Shown here piece by piece: positions 13,110-26,104 of a stretch of DNA of 64,000 nucleotides. Where the stretch lies: positions 236,160,001 through 236,224,000 of the forward strand of contig CM097885.1 of the NCBI GenBank assembly GCA_044892525.1. Direction: 5' to 3'. Source of the DNA: Schmidtea polychroa (lineage: Eukaryota). Positions within the stretch are counted from its first letter, which is position 1. Each line of letters opens with the position of its first letter. A program made the position numbers and the translations under genes. Under the pieces are notes generated by a model. That model did not search any database and was not told the origin of the DNA. It saw only the letters and a program-made list of their open reading frames with translations.

Positions 13110-14030
13110 GTGTAGACCACCTATTTCTCAGGACCAAGGAGACTCACCTCACTATAGTCTGAAAATTCCTTGGCTTTTTTATTGGTAGTAGGATTTTTGT
13201 ATTGAAAATCCCAGGACCATCGAGACCCCTTCACTATAGCGTGAAAATTCCATGCTTTTTAGTGGTAGTCGGATTTTTGTATAGAAATTTTTTTTTTGTA
13301 TTGAAAATCCCAGGACCATCGTTTTTGTATAGAAAAAATTTTTTTGTATTGAAAATCCCAGGACCATCGAGACCTCCTCACTATAGTCTGAAAATTCCTT
13401 GGCTTTTTTAGTGTAGACCAGCTTTTTGTATTGAAAAAAATTTTTTGTATTGAAAATCCCAGGACCATCGAGACCCCCTCACTATAGTGTGATAAAAAAA
13501 TTCCTTGGCTTTTTTATTGAAGACCACCTTTTTGTATTGAAAATATCCTAAGACCTTAAATTACCATGCTTTTTTATTGATAGTCGGATTTTTGTATTGA
13601 AAATCCCAGGACCATCGTTTTTGTATAGAAATTTTTTTTTTGTATTGAAAATCCCAGGACCATCGTTTTTGTATAGAAAAAATTTTTTTGTATTGAAAAT
13701 CCCAGGACCATCGAGACCCCCTCACTATAGTGTGAATAATCCTTGGCTTTTTTAGTGGTAGTCGGATTTTTGTATTGAAAAAATTTTATTTGTATTGAAA
13801 ATCCCAGGACCATCGAGACCCCCTCACTATAGTGTGAATAATCCTTGACTTTTTTATTGATAGTCGGATTTTTGTATAGAAAAAATTTTATTTGTATTGA
13901 AAATCCCAGGACCATCGAGACCCCCTCACTATAGTGTGAATAATCCTTGACTTTTTTATTGATAGTCGGATTTTTGTATAGAAATTCCCAGGACCATCAA
14001 GACCCTCTCACTATAGTGTGATAAAAAAAA
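13110..14030. repeat. Subterminal composite tandem repeat (~49- and 102-bp units)
   Basis: Ten copies of CCCAGGACCATC and eight of TCACTATAG; 102-bp period at 13721/13823/13925. Confidence 0.92.
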
Positions 14031-15620
14031 AATTTGGACCAAAAATCCCTGAAAGCAAAAAAATGAGTTGGGAACAATTGCGTAATAAAAATTTGGGAAC
14101 AAACCCCCCCCCCCCCCGGGGGGGGGTAATTGTTCCCGTAGGCCACTATCTACCTACTAACGTATATTTGTATTCAAATTCGTATAATCTAATATTTACA
14201 AAACTATGAATATCGCAATAAAATGTCTATTTTGACTATTCGATAAGTCTCGCTGTGACCGCTTTGGTTCTGAAAGTTCTACAATAATAATTACCCTTTC
14301 TTTAATTCTTTGACTTAACTTGATCCTTTTATTTACTCTCTTTTTGTTCTTCCCTACCTGTAACATGTTGATTGTTCCTAGGTTTTAGTTCCTTCGCCTC
14401 TATTTGACAATCTTTACTTCGAGGTTTTTTTCCATTTTCTCGTCGTCAAAGGAAATAATTTATTGTCCCACTGTGCGTCTTCCATGTGATAATCTTTTCC
14501 GTTTTCCCATAACTCATGCTGTCATTATAATGGTTTTCCAACATCGACTTTGTCTACTGTTTACTTAGCACGGGTTTCCCTTAATTAATTAACGATTTTC
14601 TGTTTTTATACGTTTCCTTGCATTTCAACCCGGTTTTCAAATTTTAATTCGATAATTTGTTAATCTCTTGATTTTGAATTTTCCTTTTTTAATTACATGG
14701 AAATTATAATAATTTTAAATTTAACAACTCAAACAGTTGCATGTTTCAATATTTTAAAATATTTATTATGAAAAAAATAACTTTTGATATAATAAAACAT
14801 GACCATTGGTTATCTATTTTTATATTACTATTTTCTGAGCAACATTTAGCAAAATCATTGTTCTATGTATATTTTGGTAATAAACATGATTATGTTCAAT
14901 ATATATTTTGTGCATATTGTGGATTTATGTATATCTGATAATAGAAAACATTGTTTTCTATATTTATTGATGGGAATTTTCTAGATAATAGATACCTGGT
15001 CAATTTATGTTTTATATGCCCAGACAGCATGGGTAAAACTATTATTGACTCTTAAAAATAATTGGTTTTCGTTTTGATGTTGAAATGTTGACTAATTTTA
15101 TCCAATTCGAATCAATTTCATGGATTGATAAATTGTTGAGCTTTCTAATTGCATCTAATTTATGATTATAATTCGTATAAGTATATATTTGTTTATTCAA
15201 TAAAGTTCAAATATTAATTATTCAGAAAGAAGATAGTTAATTCCCAGAAAGTTTTATTTTCTCACCAAAAATAACAAACGCAAATTTCTAATTTGAATGA
15301 TAGGCTCAAACATTTTTAAGACAAAATAACTAATCAATTGAGTTCAGAGCTTCTTTTTACACAAAAAACTCGACTCTACAATAGACACACAAACTTTTAA
15401 TTTGCGTGTAGCAATCATGACCTATACAGTCATACCAGACATTTTAGGTAAACGCAAACACGAGACAAAATAAAAAATTCTGATTTGAGGTGTGTATTTC
15501 AACTCAATTCCACCAAAACACTATATATAGATGGTATAAACGGTTTCATTGAAAATTCAGGGATAGATTAATTTTGTTAAAATAAAATTTGATGCATGAC
15601 AAAATATATGACAATTTGTT

Positions 15621-18600
15621 GGTTATTGCATAAACACGTCACGCCAAAAGTGACCATTTTTGGACAACCTACCCACCCTTTTATTATTCACAGAATGGGG
15701 TTAGCCTAGTGGTACCATAATGCCAATTACAAATTTACAGACAGTCAAAACCGTCTAAAACAATTTAATGTTTCAAACAAAAAGGAAAATGAAATTAAGG
15801 ATTTTAATATTGTTTCAAGCAGTCTAATTAAAGTGCTTAAGCAAGAATCAGTTTTAAAATGTTTAAAAATTCAAAACAGTAGAACCAAGTAAAATTACTT
15901 TAATTAATTGGTTCTTCGAGGTCAGGAATCCATGGTGTATTACCATGTTGTTCCGAAGGTAAAACGAAAAAATATCCAAACATTTTAAACAGAGGTTTCC
16001 GGCTCACACAATCGAGTGAACAGACATGTTTATTCGAACTTTCAATGGTATCTGCGATTTCGGCTACTTCTTCGACTACTTCAGTATCAATTATTGTGGC
16101 ATTCGTTTTTTGTCTACGAGTGATACTATAATAATTTGTCTTGGCAACAACAGTTGTAAAATTCACTCCACAAACTTGAAATTGTCTCTTTTCCAAATCC
16201 ACAATGGATATTGAATGACAATACAGATCAAATGGGTATGACTGTCTGGGTTTGATCTGATTCGTACCATACGGATGAACAGACAGATGACAAAAATGAC
16301 GACCTGTTGGTATCTGATTCTTTGGAGTCAATGTATTAATCTCAAATTCAGTGTTCTCGAAAACACGAGGATATGGTAAAAACTTGTTTGGTAAAATTTT
16401 TCGAAATTGAGAAATAGCGAAATGGTTGGCAGCATGATACACCTGGACACTTGGCCACTTGAAGCATGCACTTTGAACTCATTATGTGATGTGACCGCCA
16501 CGGTAGGTTTGCAACTTCTTCTCTAGGAACTCGCAGTGCTGTATTGGCTTTTAGTATTAGAATAGCTTCTGCATACACTGCATTTTTGTCGATGACTGTT
16601 TTACTCCATATCGATGCTAAGACATTTATGGCCTGAAAGAAATTCTTTTATAACAATTTTTCGTCGATTATTTTTTCAATTGCACCAATATGTGAACCGA
16701 AATATTTATGATCAAGAACCAGCACACAAATGTCATGGGATAGGGGAGCCATTCTGTGTTCGTACGGATTATATACACTGTCGTCTCATGGAGTAATGAC
16801 AACTATATACATGTCAAGATCATATTCCAGAAAAAAACATTAATCGTCTCTTCATTAACTTTCGGATACCGTACATTCTCCTCTGGTCCTCCACCTGACC
16901 GTGACTACCAAAACGGTTTAACATTTTCGGATGGTATTTTGATAAGATTATCAAACTTTTCATCAATAATTATGTGCTGTATGTCAAACCGTGCCATAAC
17001 TGTAAAAATTTGATGAATCATGCTTTCTCAACGGATCGTTATATAAGTTGGCCCAGTGTTTGATATACCGGTTGTCTTATCGCCAACAATGTTATTATTG
17101 ATAGTTAGGAAGCAAGTCTAAGAGATATTCTAGCATTATCGTGATGCACGAATAGCATTTTGTTTTGTGGACCAATAAGTGTACATAGCAGCCAAACCAA
17201 ACTGGGAATTGTCATTTTTCTTCCGGGCATTGAATTGGGATTTGACAAGTTTCAACGGAACCGTTTTTACATGTCCTTTGCCTTTATTTATATATCAGCG
17301 ACGTATTATCAGACTCCTTTATACAGCAGTTCTTTTAATATTATCGGGACGCGGAAGTTTTTTTTTCACATGCAACTGCGGATAATTTTTTGTATTTCTC
17401 TTTTTTTCTCAAGCCAGATATCTGTACCCGAGAAAGGTGAAGTCGAAGAGTTTGAATAGCTTGTTGAATTTTCTTTTTGCTAGTCTTCAATTCTTTTTCT
17501 ACTGCTTCTAAATCATCTAAACTCTTTTGCTTTTATTCAAGGAATTCTATGTTGGCATTAGCTTCATCCAAACTTTTTTGTTCTCGAATTTCGGCTGGAG
17601 TATAACGTTCTATATCTTCCAATACATTCGCTTTTTCAATCTAATTTATACTCAATTCACTGGTGATAATTTTCGACTCGTCGAAAACTGAAGTATGGAT
17701 GATTATTTTGCCCATAATAGTTCACCAGTAGATGATTCAGCAGACACAAATAAAATTCCTGCAATCTTTTTGCTGGAATGTTTGTCCAATAACTCATATT
17801 CTTTGCTTTTCGTTTTGATACAATCATTCTTAACTCGTTCAATTTTGACATTGATAATGATATTCTTAAATGATTTATTTATTATAAATTATTAAATTAA
17901 ATCAATATTAAAATATAAATTAATAAATGGTTTTTGTTTTCATTTTATACTCAACAAAATATTAAAATTCAACATTATTTTATAAATTGTCTGGCAGAGG
18001 TAGTTCTAGATTTCTATCACGACATGTATTAAGTATTTATAAAGCTATCTTAGCATTGGACATATTATTAAATTTATTGGAATAATTTAACTTGTCTCGC
18101 ATCCAGAGGCGTAGCTAGAGGTGGTAGTAGGGGACATAAGTTCCCGGCCGTCAAAACGAGACTTGAACGTAAAATTATAATAAGTGAACAAGGGTAATAA
18201 ATCAACAATGATAATCTGCAATAAAACTCGAGTTTATTACATTTTATGGATTCTACGTATTCCCGAATCTGCGAATTTCACTGCAAATTTTGTTAACAAT
18301 AGCAGTTTTAATTGGAAGTATGAGTGATCGTTCAGCAAATTGAAACTTATTTTGTCGAATTTGCGTGCTTCAATGGGGCAGGATCATCTTAACGATCTGG
18401 CTCTTCTTAGCGTAGACAGGGAAACAATGGAAAAAGCTGATTTCGATTGCGTGATTGACCAGTTTGCGACCGTGAAGTCAAGAAAAATAAATCTTTTCTA
18501 AAATATGTAAACCATTTCCGATAGTAAATGAGCGGGTAATGTACTATAATATCTATAACTTTGTTTCTTTAAATACAATGTTTAATTAAAATTAAAATTG

Positions 18601-19202
18601 TTTTTCCTTATTAAATTGGGAGAGGCAGGGCACAAAACATCATAGTTACACCTCTGGTCACATCCATTGTAGTTTGCTACACAGTAAAATCTTGAGTGTT
18701 TATAGTTTGTTTTTCTATAATTTTGTATGTTATACAACAGAACGTTTAGACAATTTAATACAACTGTTTCAATTTGTTCATTGCAATGTAATAGTCTTTA
18801 ATACACCATTATTGACTAAAGTAAAAACAGATGTTTCTTATATTAAAGACTATTTCAGCCTCTCAGCTACTGCTATGCTATTTATACTCATATACTGGAT
18901 CCATGTATTACATTCTACGCTGCCAGGGAGCTTACTGTAGCAGCTTTGTTAGCCATAGTCATCTAGTCAACATATCAGCATCACTATAGTCGAAGAATAT
19001 TGTTGTAATTAGAACTCTTTTGTCTAACAGTCTAATAGAAAATTATTTGAGTGGCCCATTGTGTCAAAAGATTGGACAGCACTGATACATAAAATACAAT
19101 TAGCATGACGTCATTTTCAGCTCAACTTACACACTCACGTACCTTATGTTTTCAAGGAACCCACACATACACCATGGAGCGTGACGTAATTTTGCAGTGA
19201 CC
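15621..19202 (-). mobile_element. Degenerate Zator-like DNA transposon with TIRs and a fragmented transposase
   Basis: Imperfect TIRs GGTTATTGCATAAACACGTCACGC (15621-15644) and, as reverse complement, GGTCACTGCAAAATTACGTCACGC (19179-19202). Minus-strand frames give GGGPEENVRYPKV, SVYNPYEHRMAPLSHD..FGSH and PFDLYCHS..KRQFQVCG, with stops and frameshifts. Confidence 0.7.
18104..18656 (+). mobile_element. Non-autonomous hAT (Tip100/ZMYM1-like) element nested in the Zator-like element
   Basis: TIRs CAGAGGCGTAGCTA / TAGTTACACCTCTG; degenerate 8-bp TSD CTCGCATC/GTCACATC; hAT dimerisation-domain relic SFSKLKLILSNLRASMGQDHLNDLALLSVDRE..IDQFATVKSRK. Confidence 0.85.
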
Positions 19203-22013
19203 ATTTAAATGTGTAAGAATGCTCATGAAAATAGTCTAATCTAATTTCCAGTGGATGTAATACTATAAATTATAACATAATAGGTACAACTACTAGGAAA
19301 ATGTTATACTTAGTGAAATATGGAAATTCGTTAATTTATAAATATAGTTAAAATTAAACAAATTTATTTATTAAAACATTAGATAAATACATTTCCAATG
19401 ATTGCATCACAAATTTCAGATTTACGGGTATCGCTTTTGAAACAAGATTATTTTTATCACAGGGTAAATATTAAAAGATACTTTATTATTATTATTTCAA
19501 ATGTTACAGTGCCTTTTATTTCTATTTTATCCACATTCGCAATGATTTAATAATGTTTCGGTTATCTCCAAGTTTATTCATGCATGGCCAGAAAAATATG
19601 TATATATTAAATACTTTAGGATTAATATCATTTAGAAATATTCTACAACTCGATAATTTAAACAGTGATTTGTTGAACCAAAACAAATTTATGAAACTTT
19701 CAACAAATTAATGTTTAAATAATTTAGTTAAAAATAAGATCAAATATATCAGTGTATGTCAGACGTTTATCAATTATTGAAAAGGATAGACTTTATTTAT
19801 CATAAGCAATACATAATTCTGTAATCATAATTAAAATGGTTAATTTATTCACTTAATATAAAATCAAACTATAAGACTATACATTATATAGTACAATTAT
19901 GTGTATCACAAAATCTAAATATATAATTCTAGTGGTAACTTCTGTATGTATAATGGTAATGTTTCTACTTGCTCTGCTTACAAATAAGTTATTTATAACA
20001 ATAAGTAGATAAATTTTGATAAAATTTAATATTCTAATTAGATTAAGTGAGTAAATGATAAACAAATTATTGATTTTCTCCTCGAAAACTCTCGCACATT
20101 TTCCAAAAATATTGTATTTAAAGAATTGTTAAATTAAGTATAATACATTATTAAATAAATAAAAATAGCTTTATAAGTCAGAATTAGATTTTTCAATTTG
20201 TATACCGCTAGAACATAAAAATAACTAATGTAAACCTAAAATTCAAACAGAGAATGACCGTCATTTTTGATAGGTTACAACTAGTAGTCTTATACCAGTA
20301 AATTAAGATAGTGTAGTTTTTTATTCCAATATACGTTGATGAATTTTCTTTGTTAAACAATTATGTACATTTCTCGAACTATGTTAATTTTGAAAGATTT
20401 ATCATGAATTGCAATATCATTGTATATGAATTAGTCTTATGAACGTTGTTATTTTATTTAAGTTGAAATACAAGGTCAATCAAGCATAGTTTGGTTACAA
20501 TCATTTAGTTTCTACTCGAAAAGAGATGCTAAGATCTTAATTTATGGATATCAATTTACGACAGTAAGAATGTTGGAAATTATGATGGATGAATAGATTG
20601 TGAATTATAAGCATTAATTCGATGAATATTTTTTGCAATATATAATTAAAACGTATTAAAAAGTTGAGTTTATATGTGAAATTTAGCATACGTTTTAAAA
20701 CATTTTAAACTGAAAAACACGTCATAATAAATTGCAATAAATATCAAACGAGATAAAACAATTACATTAAATACGTAACAGGTTATATTAATTTGCAGTA
20801 AAATTTAAAATATTGCAACGTAATAATTATTATATATCATCATTTCACATGTAATTTTTTATTTCCATTATGAATAATTCTAATCAAATCGATATCGTTG
20901 CTGCTTATAACAACGTAATTCGGTTCACACCTATGCATTACACGAGATACAAAAATACAATAACATTTTATATTTTAATAATATTATTATTAATATAATT
21001 AGGAAATAATATAAAAAGTGACGCAGAGAAAATAATCGATGAAAAAACAGTTAAAGTATGAAAGGAAAATATAAAATATCACAAAGAAGAATGTATGCCA
21101 AAAATATTAATCAAAGAAAATTTAAATAAATAACTCGTTATTTTTGCATTTTTGCATTAACTTCATGTCTAGTTTTCTATTAAAAATGTCTAGAAACTGA
21201 TTTAAATTCCATGTTTTTAAAATATCATTCATTAAATATTTTTTATCAAAATCAACAATATATATTTCAATAAAAAATTTCCAACAACATTTTCATCCAT
21301 ATACAGTAAAATCCCGGTTAATCCGGACAAATTTTTGTAAATTTGTAGAATTGTATTAAAATCTCCTTTTATATTTATGATAGTTTTTCAAACATATAAA
21401 ACTCAAAATAATTTAAACTTATAATATTTATCTATTAGAAGTATAACTATCTAGAAAAGTTCAACGAGTATACATGGAAAATATACATAACAAACTAACA
21501 ATCACTAAAAAATCACAAAAAATCACTAACCAAAAACAATGCTAAGTATACGTAAAGTAACATGATTTCTAAACATATAGAAAATTATAAGATTGAATTT
21601 TTAAACATAAAAATGACTAGAAATTTGATAAAATATACCTCAAAATAACCATGTTTTGACTGATTTGTTAAATGTCTCATAAAAATATCCATGATTTTAT
21701 TAACTGAATTTATCATACTGGATATGGATGTTTTTAGACATTGTCAAATCTTGAATACTAGATTGGTCAATTCCTGATTGGTTGATAAAATTAATAAAAT
21801 GAATACTTAATTTATTTACATCAAAATAAATATTGAAACAAAGAATTTAGTGTTTATTAAATTTTATAATTCATATAAAATTTTAAGATTAATTGCAGAC
21901 ATTTATTTAAGAATTCTAATGAATAGTCATAAAATAATATGCAGAAGAAGGACCGTGGCATCAATGAAAAATTTTCAAACAAGGCAAAGGAAATATATTT
22001 CGAGTGCTAAAAT

Positions 22014-22390
22014 CAGGGACGGATCTAGCTTTTTAGGGGCCCAGGGATTAAAATTACCAAGGGGCCCTACACGTTTCAAAAAATATATATAAATACTGAT
22101 ACAATAGTCGACCAAATATTATCACTACCGGTTAATAAAAATGACCCTGGTCGTTCCTTGAGGTGATTAAGTGATAAAAATTAATCACGTTTTAATGTTA
22201 TATATTATTTTTTGTTGATTTTTAATAAATATTAGTAAATTTGTGTTTTAAATTTTTGTGTTTCGATCTTTTCTCTTATAAGCCGTGCTTTGTATAGAAT
22301 ATAATAGGTATATGTCCGAGAGGTCGGGGCCCCTTGCGGATCTGGGCCCAGGGCTATAGCCCTATTAGCTCATATGTAGATCCGTCCCTG
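22014..22390. mobile_element. hAT-type MITE
   Basis: TIRs CAGGGACGGATCTA / TAGATCCGTCCCTG; TSD GCTAAAAT/GCTACAAT. Confidence 0.88.
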
Positions 22391-22597
22391 GCTACAATAC
22401 CACAAATATCTGATTTCATAATATAATACTCGAGTATAACAATTGAAACACTTCCTATATGGAATGTCATTTCATTGTATACAAAACATCAAATACTGTA
22501 TGAATCGATAGTAGTGCTATGTTGAGTAAAAAATAGTAAAAGAATTAAGAAAATAATTGCTGTAAATTAATCAATTTTCATATTGTTCTTATTTTGA

Positions 22598-22689
<92 letters not shown>
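22598..22689. repeat. (AAT)n microsatellite
   Basis: Perfect trinucleotide run. Confidence 0.97.
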
Positions 22690-22692
<3 letters not shown>

Positions 22693-22772
22693 GGACTATC
22701 TTATAGTCGAAAATTTTTTCATTAAATACATTATTTGCAGCAAAAGGCTTAAATTATCATTTTATTGTTTTA

Positions 22773-22814
<42 letters not shown>

Positions 22815-23459
22815 CCGGTAAATCTTTTAAATATATTTGTTAACTTTAGATATTTGATTTTTATGTACAAAGAAATTTCAAAATATAATTAAAAATTACG
22901 ATTCTTTGATTTGTCATACCTGTTTTATATCATTTTAATTAAGACATACATAAATTTAATTTGATAATAATTTATTTTACAAATATTACAAAGTAAATCA
23001 ATTTTAAGTAAATCAAGATAAGACACTTTTTAAAGTTACTATAGGTATTTGTTAGGATTCATATGTTAAAGAAAATCAAAATTACTCTTCTTAATATTTC
23101 GATATTTTCTAAAAGATAGTAAAATTCCACACTTTCATTTGGTATGTCTGGTTATTTATTTTTCTGGTTATGCTCGCGTTTTATAAATCTGATAGTTACA
23201 TTGGATCCTGTATCACATGCTGTATAATCTTTAAATTCTTAGACTCTGAAACTTTCTAGAACAATGATTCGAGTTCTATCTGATGTAGTATCAACCATTG
23301 TTCAATCTTCAAATTCTCGGACTATAAAATATGCTTGTTTGATCAAGTTCATGAAGGATTTGTATCTTTGATGTTTATTTAGATCAGTTAAGCTGATTGT
23401 ATGAATAGTGCTTTCTTCATTTATTTTTCTAAATAAAGAGTTACCTATTTGGTTGTCTT

Positions 23460-23881
23460 CAGTGCTCGAAGTGGAATAAAATATGTGCCGGGATAGGCAT
23501 GCTGTGGCACCCGGGATTCCAGGCTTTTATGCAGAAATTTTCAGTTGGGGGTGTTGCAAAACTTTGGGGGGTGTCCAACAAATTTTTTTGGGGGGGTGTC
23601 CACCCATTTAATCATAAGTTTCAGAATATACCTACCTATCCATTACTGCTGCTTGGGAAATTCTTAATTGAATAGAGAATAGAGAATAAAGAATATATAT
23701 ATACATACATATATGGATGTACTATGTGTGACCTTAATTGCAGTATTTGTGTGCCTATAAAATGAAATAAGTACCGGGATAAACCTATAGATTATATGAA
23801 ATGAAGTGCCGGGATGCAATTCCGCCTACATAATCAATGCCGGGATAATATCCCGGCTATCCCGCCTCACTTCGAGCACTG
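23460..23881. mobile_element. hAT-type MITE
   Basis: TIRs CAGTGCTCGAAGTG / CACTTCGAGCACTG; perfect 8-bp TSD GTTGTCTT. Confidence 0.92.
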
Positions 23882-24364
23882 GTTGTCTTGACCCAAAATA
23901 TATTCAATATTGAAATGGAAGTGAGTAATATATTCTTCATATGTTCACTGGTCGTTTGTAAGATTTTTCATTGCATTCATAGAGTAGTAATTTGTATTCA
24001 TTTAGTAGTAGTATTCATTTTTCTAGAAAATAATGAAATTAACATAAGATTAAAAATTTGTTGTGGAAATGATTGAAACTTTCTCCCACACATATTTTTC
24101 AGACAAGAATATAATGGTTGGTCTATGATATATGATTTATAATGTGTAATATTTGATGAAGTAATTATTATTGAATGTTAGTAGTGTGTGAAATCTGTAG
24201 AGCCCAACCGAGTCTCCCGTAAAAAATGTATTGGACTGGTTGGGGTGAATGTTATATAATAATTATAACAATCTCTAAATAATGGCATTGATTTAAATCT
24301 AACGAAAAGCACCAAATCCAATAGATATATTTTACTACAATATATTTCACTGTCATCTTCAGGT

Positions 24365-24555
24365 AGAATTGAAAATCAAACTAAATCAATATAAATTGCT
24401 CTTTTTCAAACAAACTAATTAACTAATTCATTAATTTCTTTAAAATTAATTTCGCTAAAAATTTACAAAATTCAGTTTTTTCAATTCAAACTTTAAAAAT
24501 TATAAAAGTTTAAAAAATGAGCAATTTATATTGATTTAGTTTGATTTTCAATTCT
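24365..24555. repeat. Short foldback/MITE-like inverted repeat
   Basis: AGAATTGAAAATCAAACTAAATCAATATAAATTGCTC and its exact reverse complement ending at 24555. Confidence 0.8.
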
Positions 24556-24859
24556 GTTTTCAATTATTATTCATAACCATAATTTATTCCCCGACGTTGA
24601 GTAGAAATATGTTTTATATTGGGGATTGAATTCTGTCGTGAATTCTGTAGAGTGGAATCGAATTTTGTGAATTTATAATACTTATAATATTCGTATTGAG
24701 AAGTTAAATTCGTCGAACTTATGATACTTGTAATATTCGTATTTTAATATTTTTCGAATATTTAAAGATAAAAATAATAACAATAACAATAATAGTATTA
24801 AAATAATAATAATGAAATAAAAATAAACACTATATATATATATATATATTCTTTTATTG

Positions 24860-25830
24860 TTTTTAAAGCTTATCATGAAGCGGTATCGTTTTTTCATATA
24901 GTTTCGGCATCATCCATTGCTGCTATGTGACGAATTCTATGAATTTTCTGAAACATTTAGGATTCTTTGGTAAAGAGTATAATAATTATGCTTCTTCGTT
25001 GTCTTTTTTGGGACTGAATTTACTTGAAGAAATCGTGAAACCAATAAAACCAACTTGAACATGGATATTTGCTGAATTGTGTGATCTGATGCGGAAAAAG
25101 TTGCTGGTACTAAACTCTTCGGCTCCTGAATCGAATAAGAATAGTATTTTAAATTGCATGAATTTGGCTGGGATTTAGTTCATTGCTGTCGGATATGATT
25201 AATTATTTAAGATCCTGTAAATCTTGTTTTATTAGAAACCTAGACTATTACATCGATGATCATATTTTTTCCATGAACATGGCTTTTTACATATGCCAAA
25301 AGTCTGGAAATATCCATTGTTTGAGCTTATATATGATTTTTTTAATTCAATTAGTTCTGATTAAAATTAAATTTCGCTTTTATCATTCAAATTCTGGGTT
25401 TCTGAAATACTGAAATTTTGACTAACTTGTCGAGATGCATGATTATCGGCAGTATTCGTTAAATTGTCAATGTCACGTTTTTTTGTTATCAACAGAGGCT
25501 GGATGTGTATCGGCATACTATTGATAAATTGTTTCCTCAGAATATTACTCGTATTGAAATCTTTTTCAAGCTCCAGTATAGCAAAGTTTCGCTTAATTTC
25601 CAGAAATAATTGAGTTGGTTTTCGGTCTCCTAAAATTTGTTTTTGGAAACATAGTGAGGCCACTTGAAACAACGATTTACCCAACTCCTCGTGATCACTG
25701 CGAAATATTTTGTTTTCTCACTTTTGATATTGTTCAGTTTAAAGGCCACCTCTACTTGGATAAACAGTAGTTTAGCCTTGTTGAAAAATTGAGGAACTAT
25801 TTTAAATCTGTTCTCATCAACCACGAAGAG
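24860..25830 (-). mobile_element. Ty3/Gypsy gag-protease relic
   Basis: Gag-like KIVPQFF..LFIQVEVAFKLNNIKSEKTKYFAVI and LGDRKPTQLF; protease motif LFLFDSGAE near 25115-25145; frameshifted. Confidence 0.75.
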
Positions 25831-26104
25831 TATTAATTAAAATGATAACTAATTGGAATTTGAAAATATATATTTTATTACTCTTGACAATTATAAAAAA
25901 AAATTATATTTGTTATATTCCAAATATTAAAAATATATTTTTTTAAAATATTGATTGGCTACAATTATTTTTATTATTATTATTATTATTTTTATTTATT
26001 TATTTTTTATTTTCACTTTTATTGAATAATTATAAAAATAGTTCTTTACAATTAATCAAACGAAATTTTTTATTTATTTAAATTTAATTATGATCTTTTA
26101 TTAG

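Larger units (their letters stand above)
12300..14158. mobile_element. Putative terminal region of a large DNA element (Polinton/Maverick-like end)
   Basis: Repeat block stops abruptly at ...TATCTACCTACT (14158), i.e. 5'-AGTAGGTAG on the minus strand. A hairpin (14095-14137) and subterminal tandem repeats precede it. No coding sequence or partner end is in the window. Confidence 0.4.

Noticed and set aside
13179..13915. Repetitive ORFs (MVLGFSIQK...)
   Set aside because: Short frames arising from the tandem array; interrupted and without a recognisable domain.
13141..14016. CTCACTATAG, the core of the T7 promoter; possible vector contamination or phage-type promoters
   Set aside because: The upstream TAATACGA specificity bases are absent, the motif is part of a native tandem unit, and there is no other vector sequence.
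13110..14030. CRISPR-like repeat-spacer appearance
   Set aside because: The intervening sequences are themselves repeated, there are no cas genes, and the context is eukaryotic.
20544..20567. MDINLR peptide resembling the ASXH 'NTNLR' as an Asx start exon
   Set aside because: The donor at 20564 would be phase 2 in that frame, incompatible with the phase-0 acceptor at 26104.
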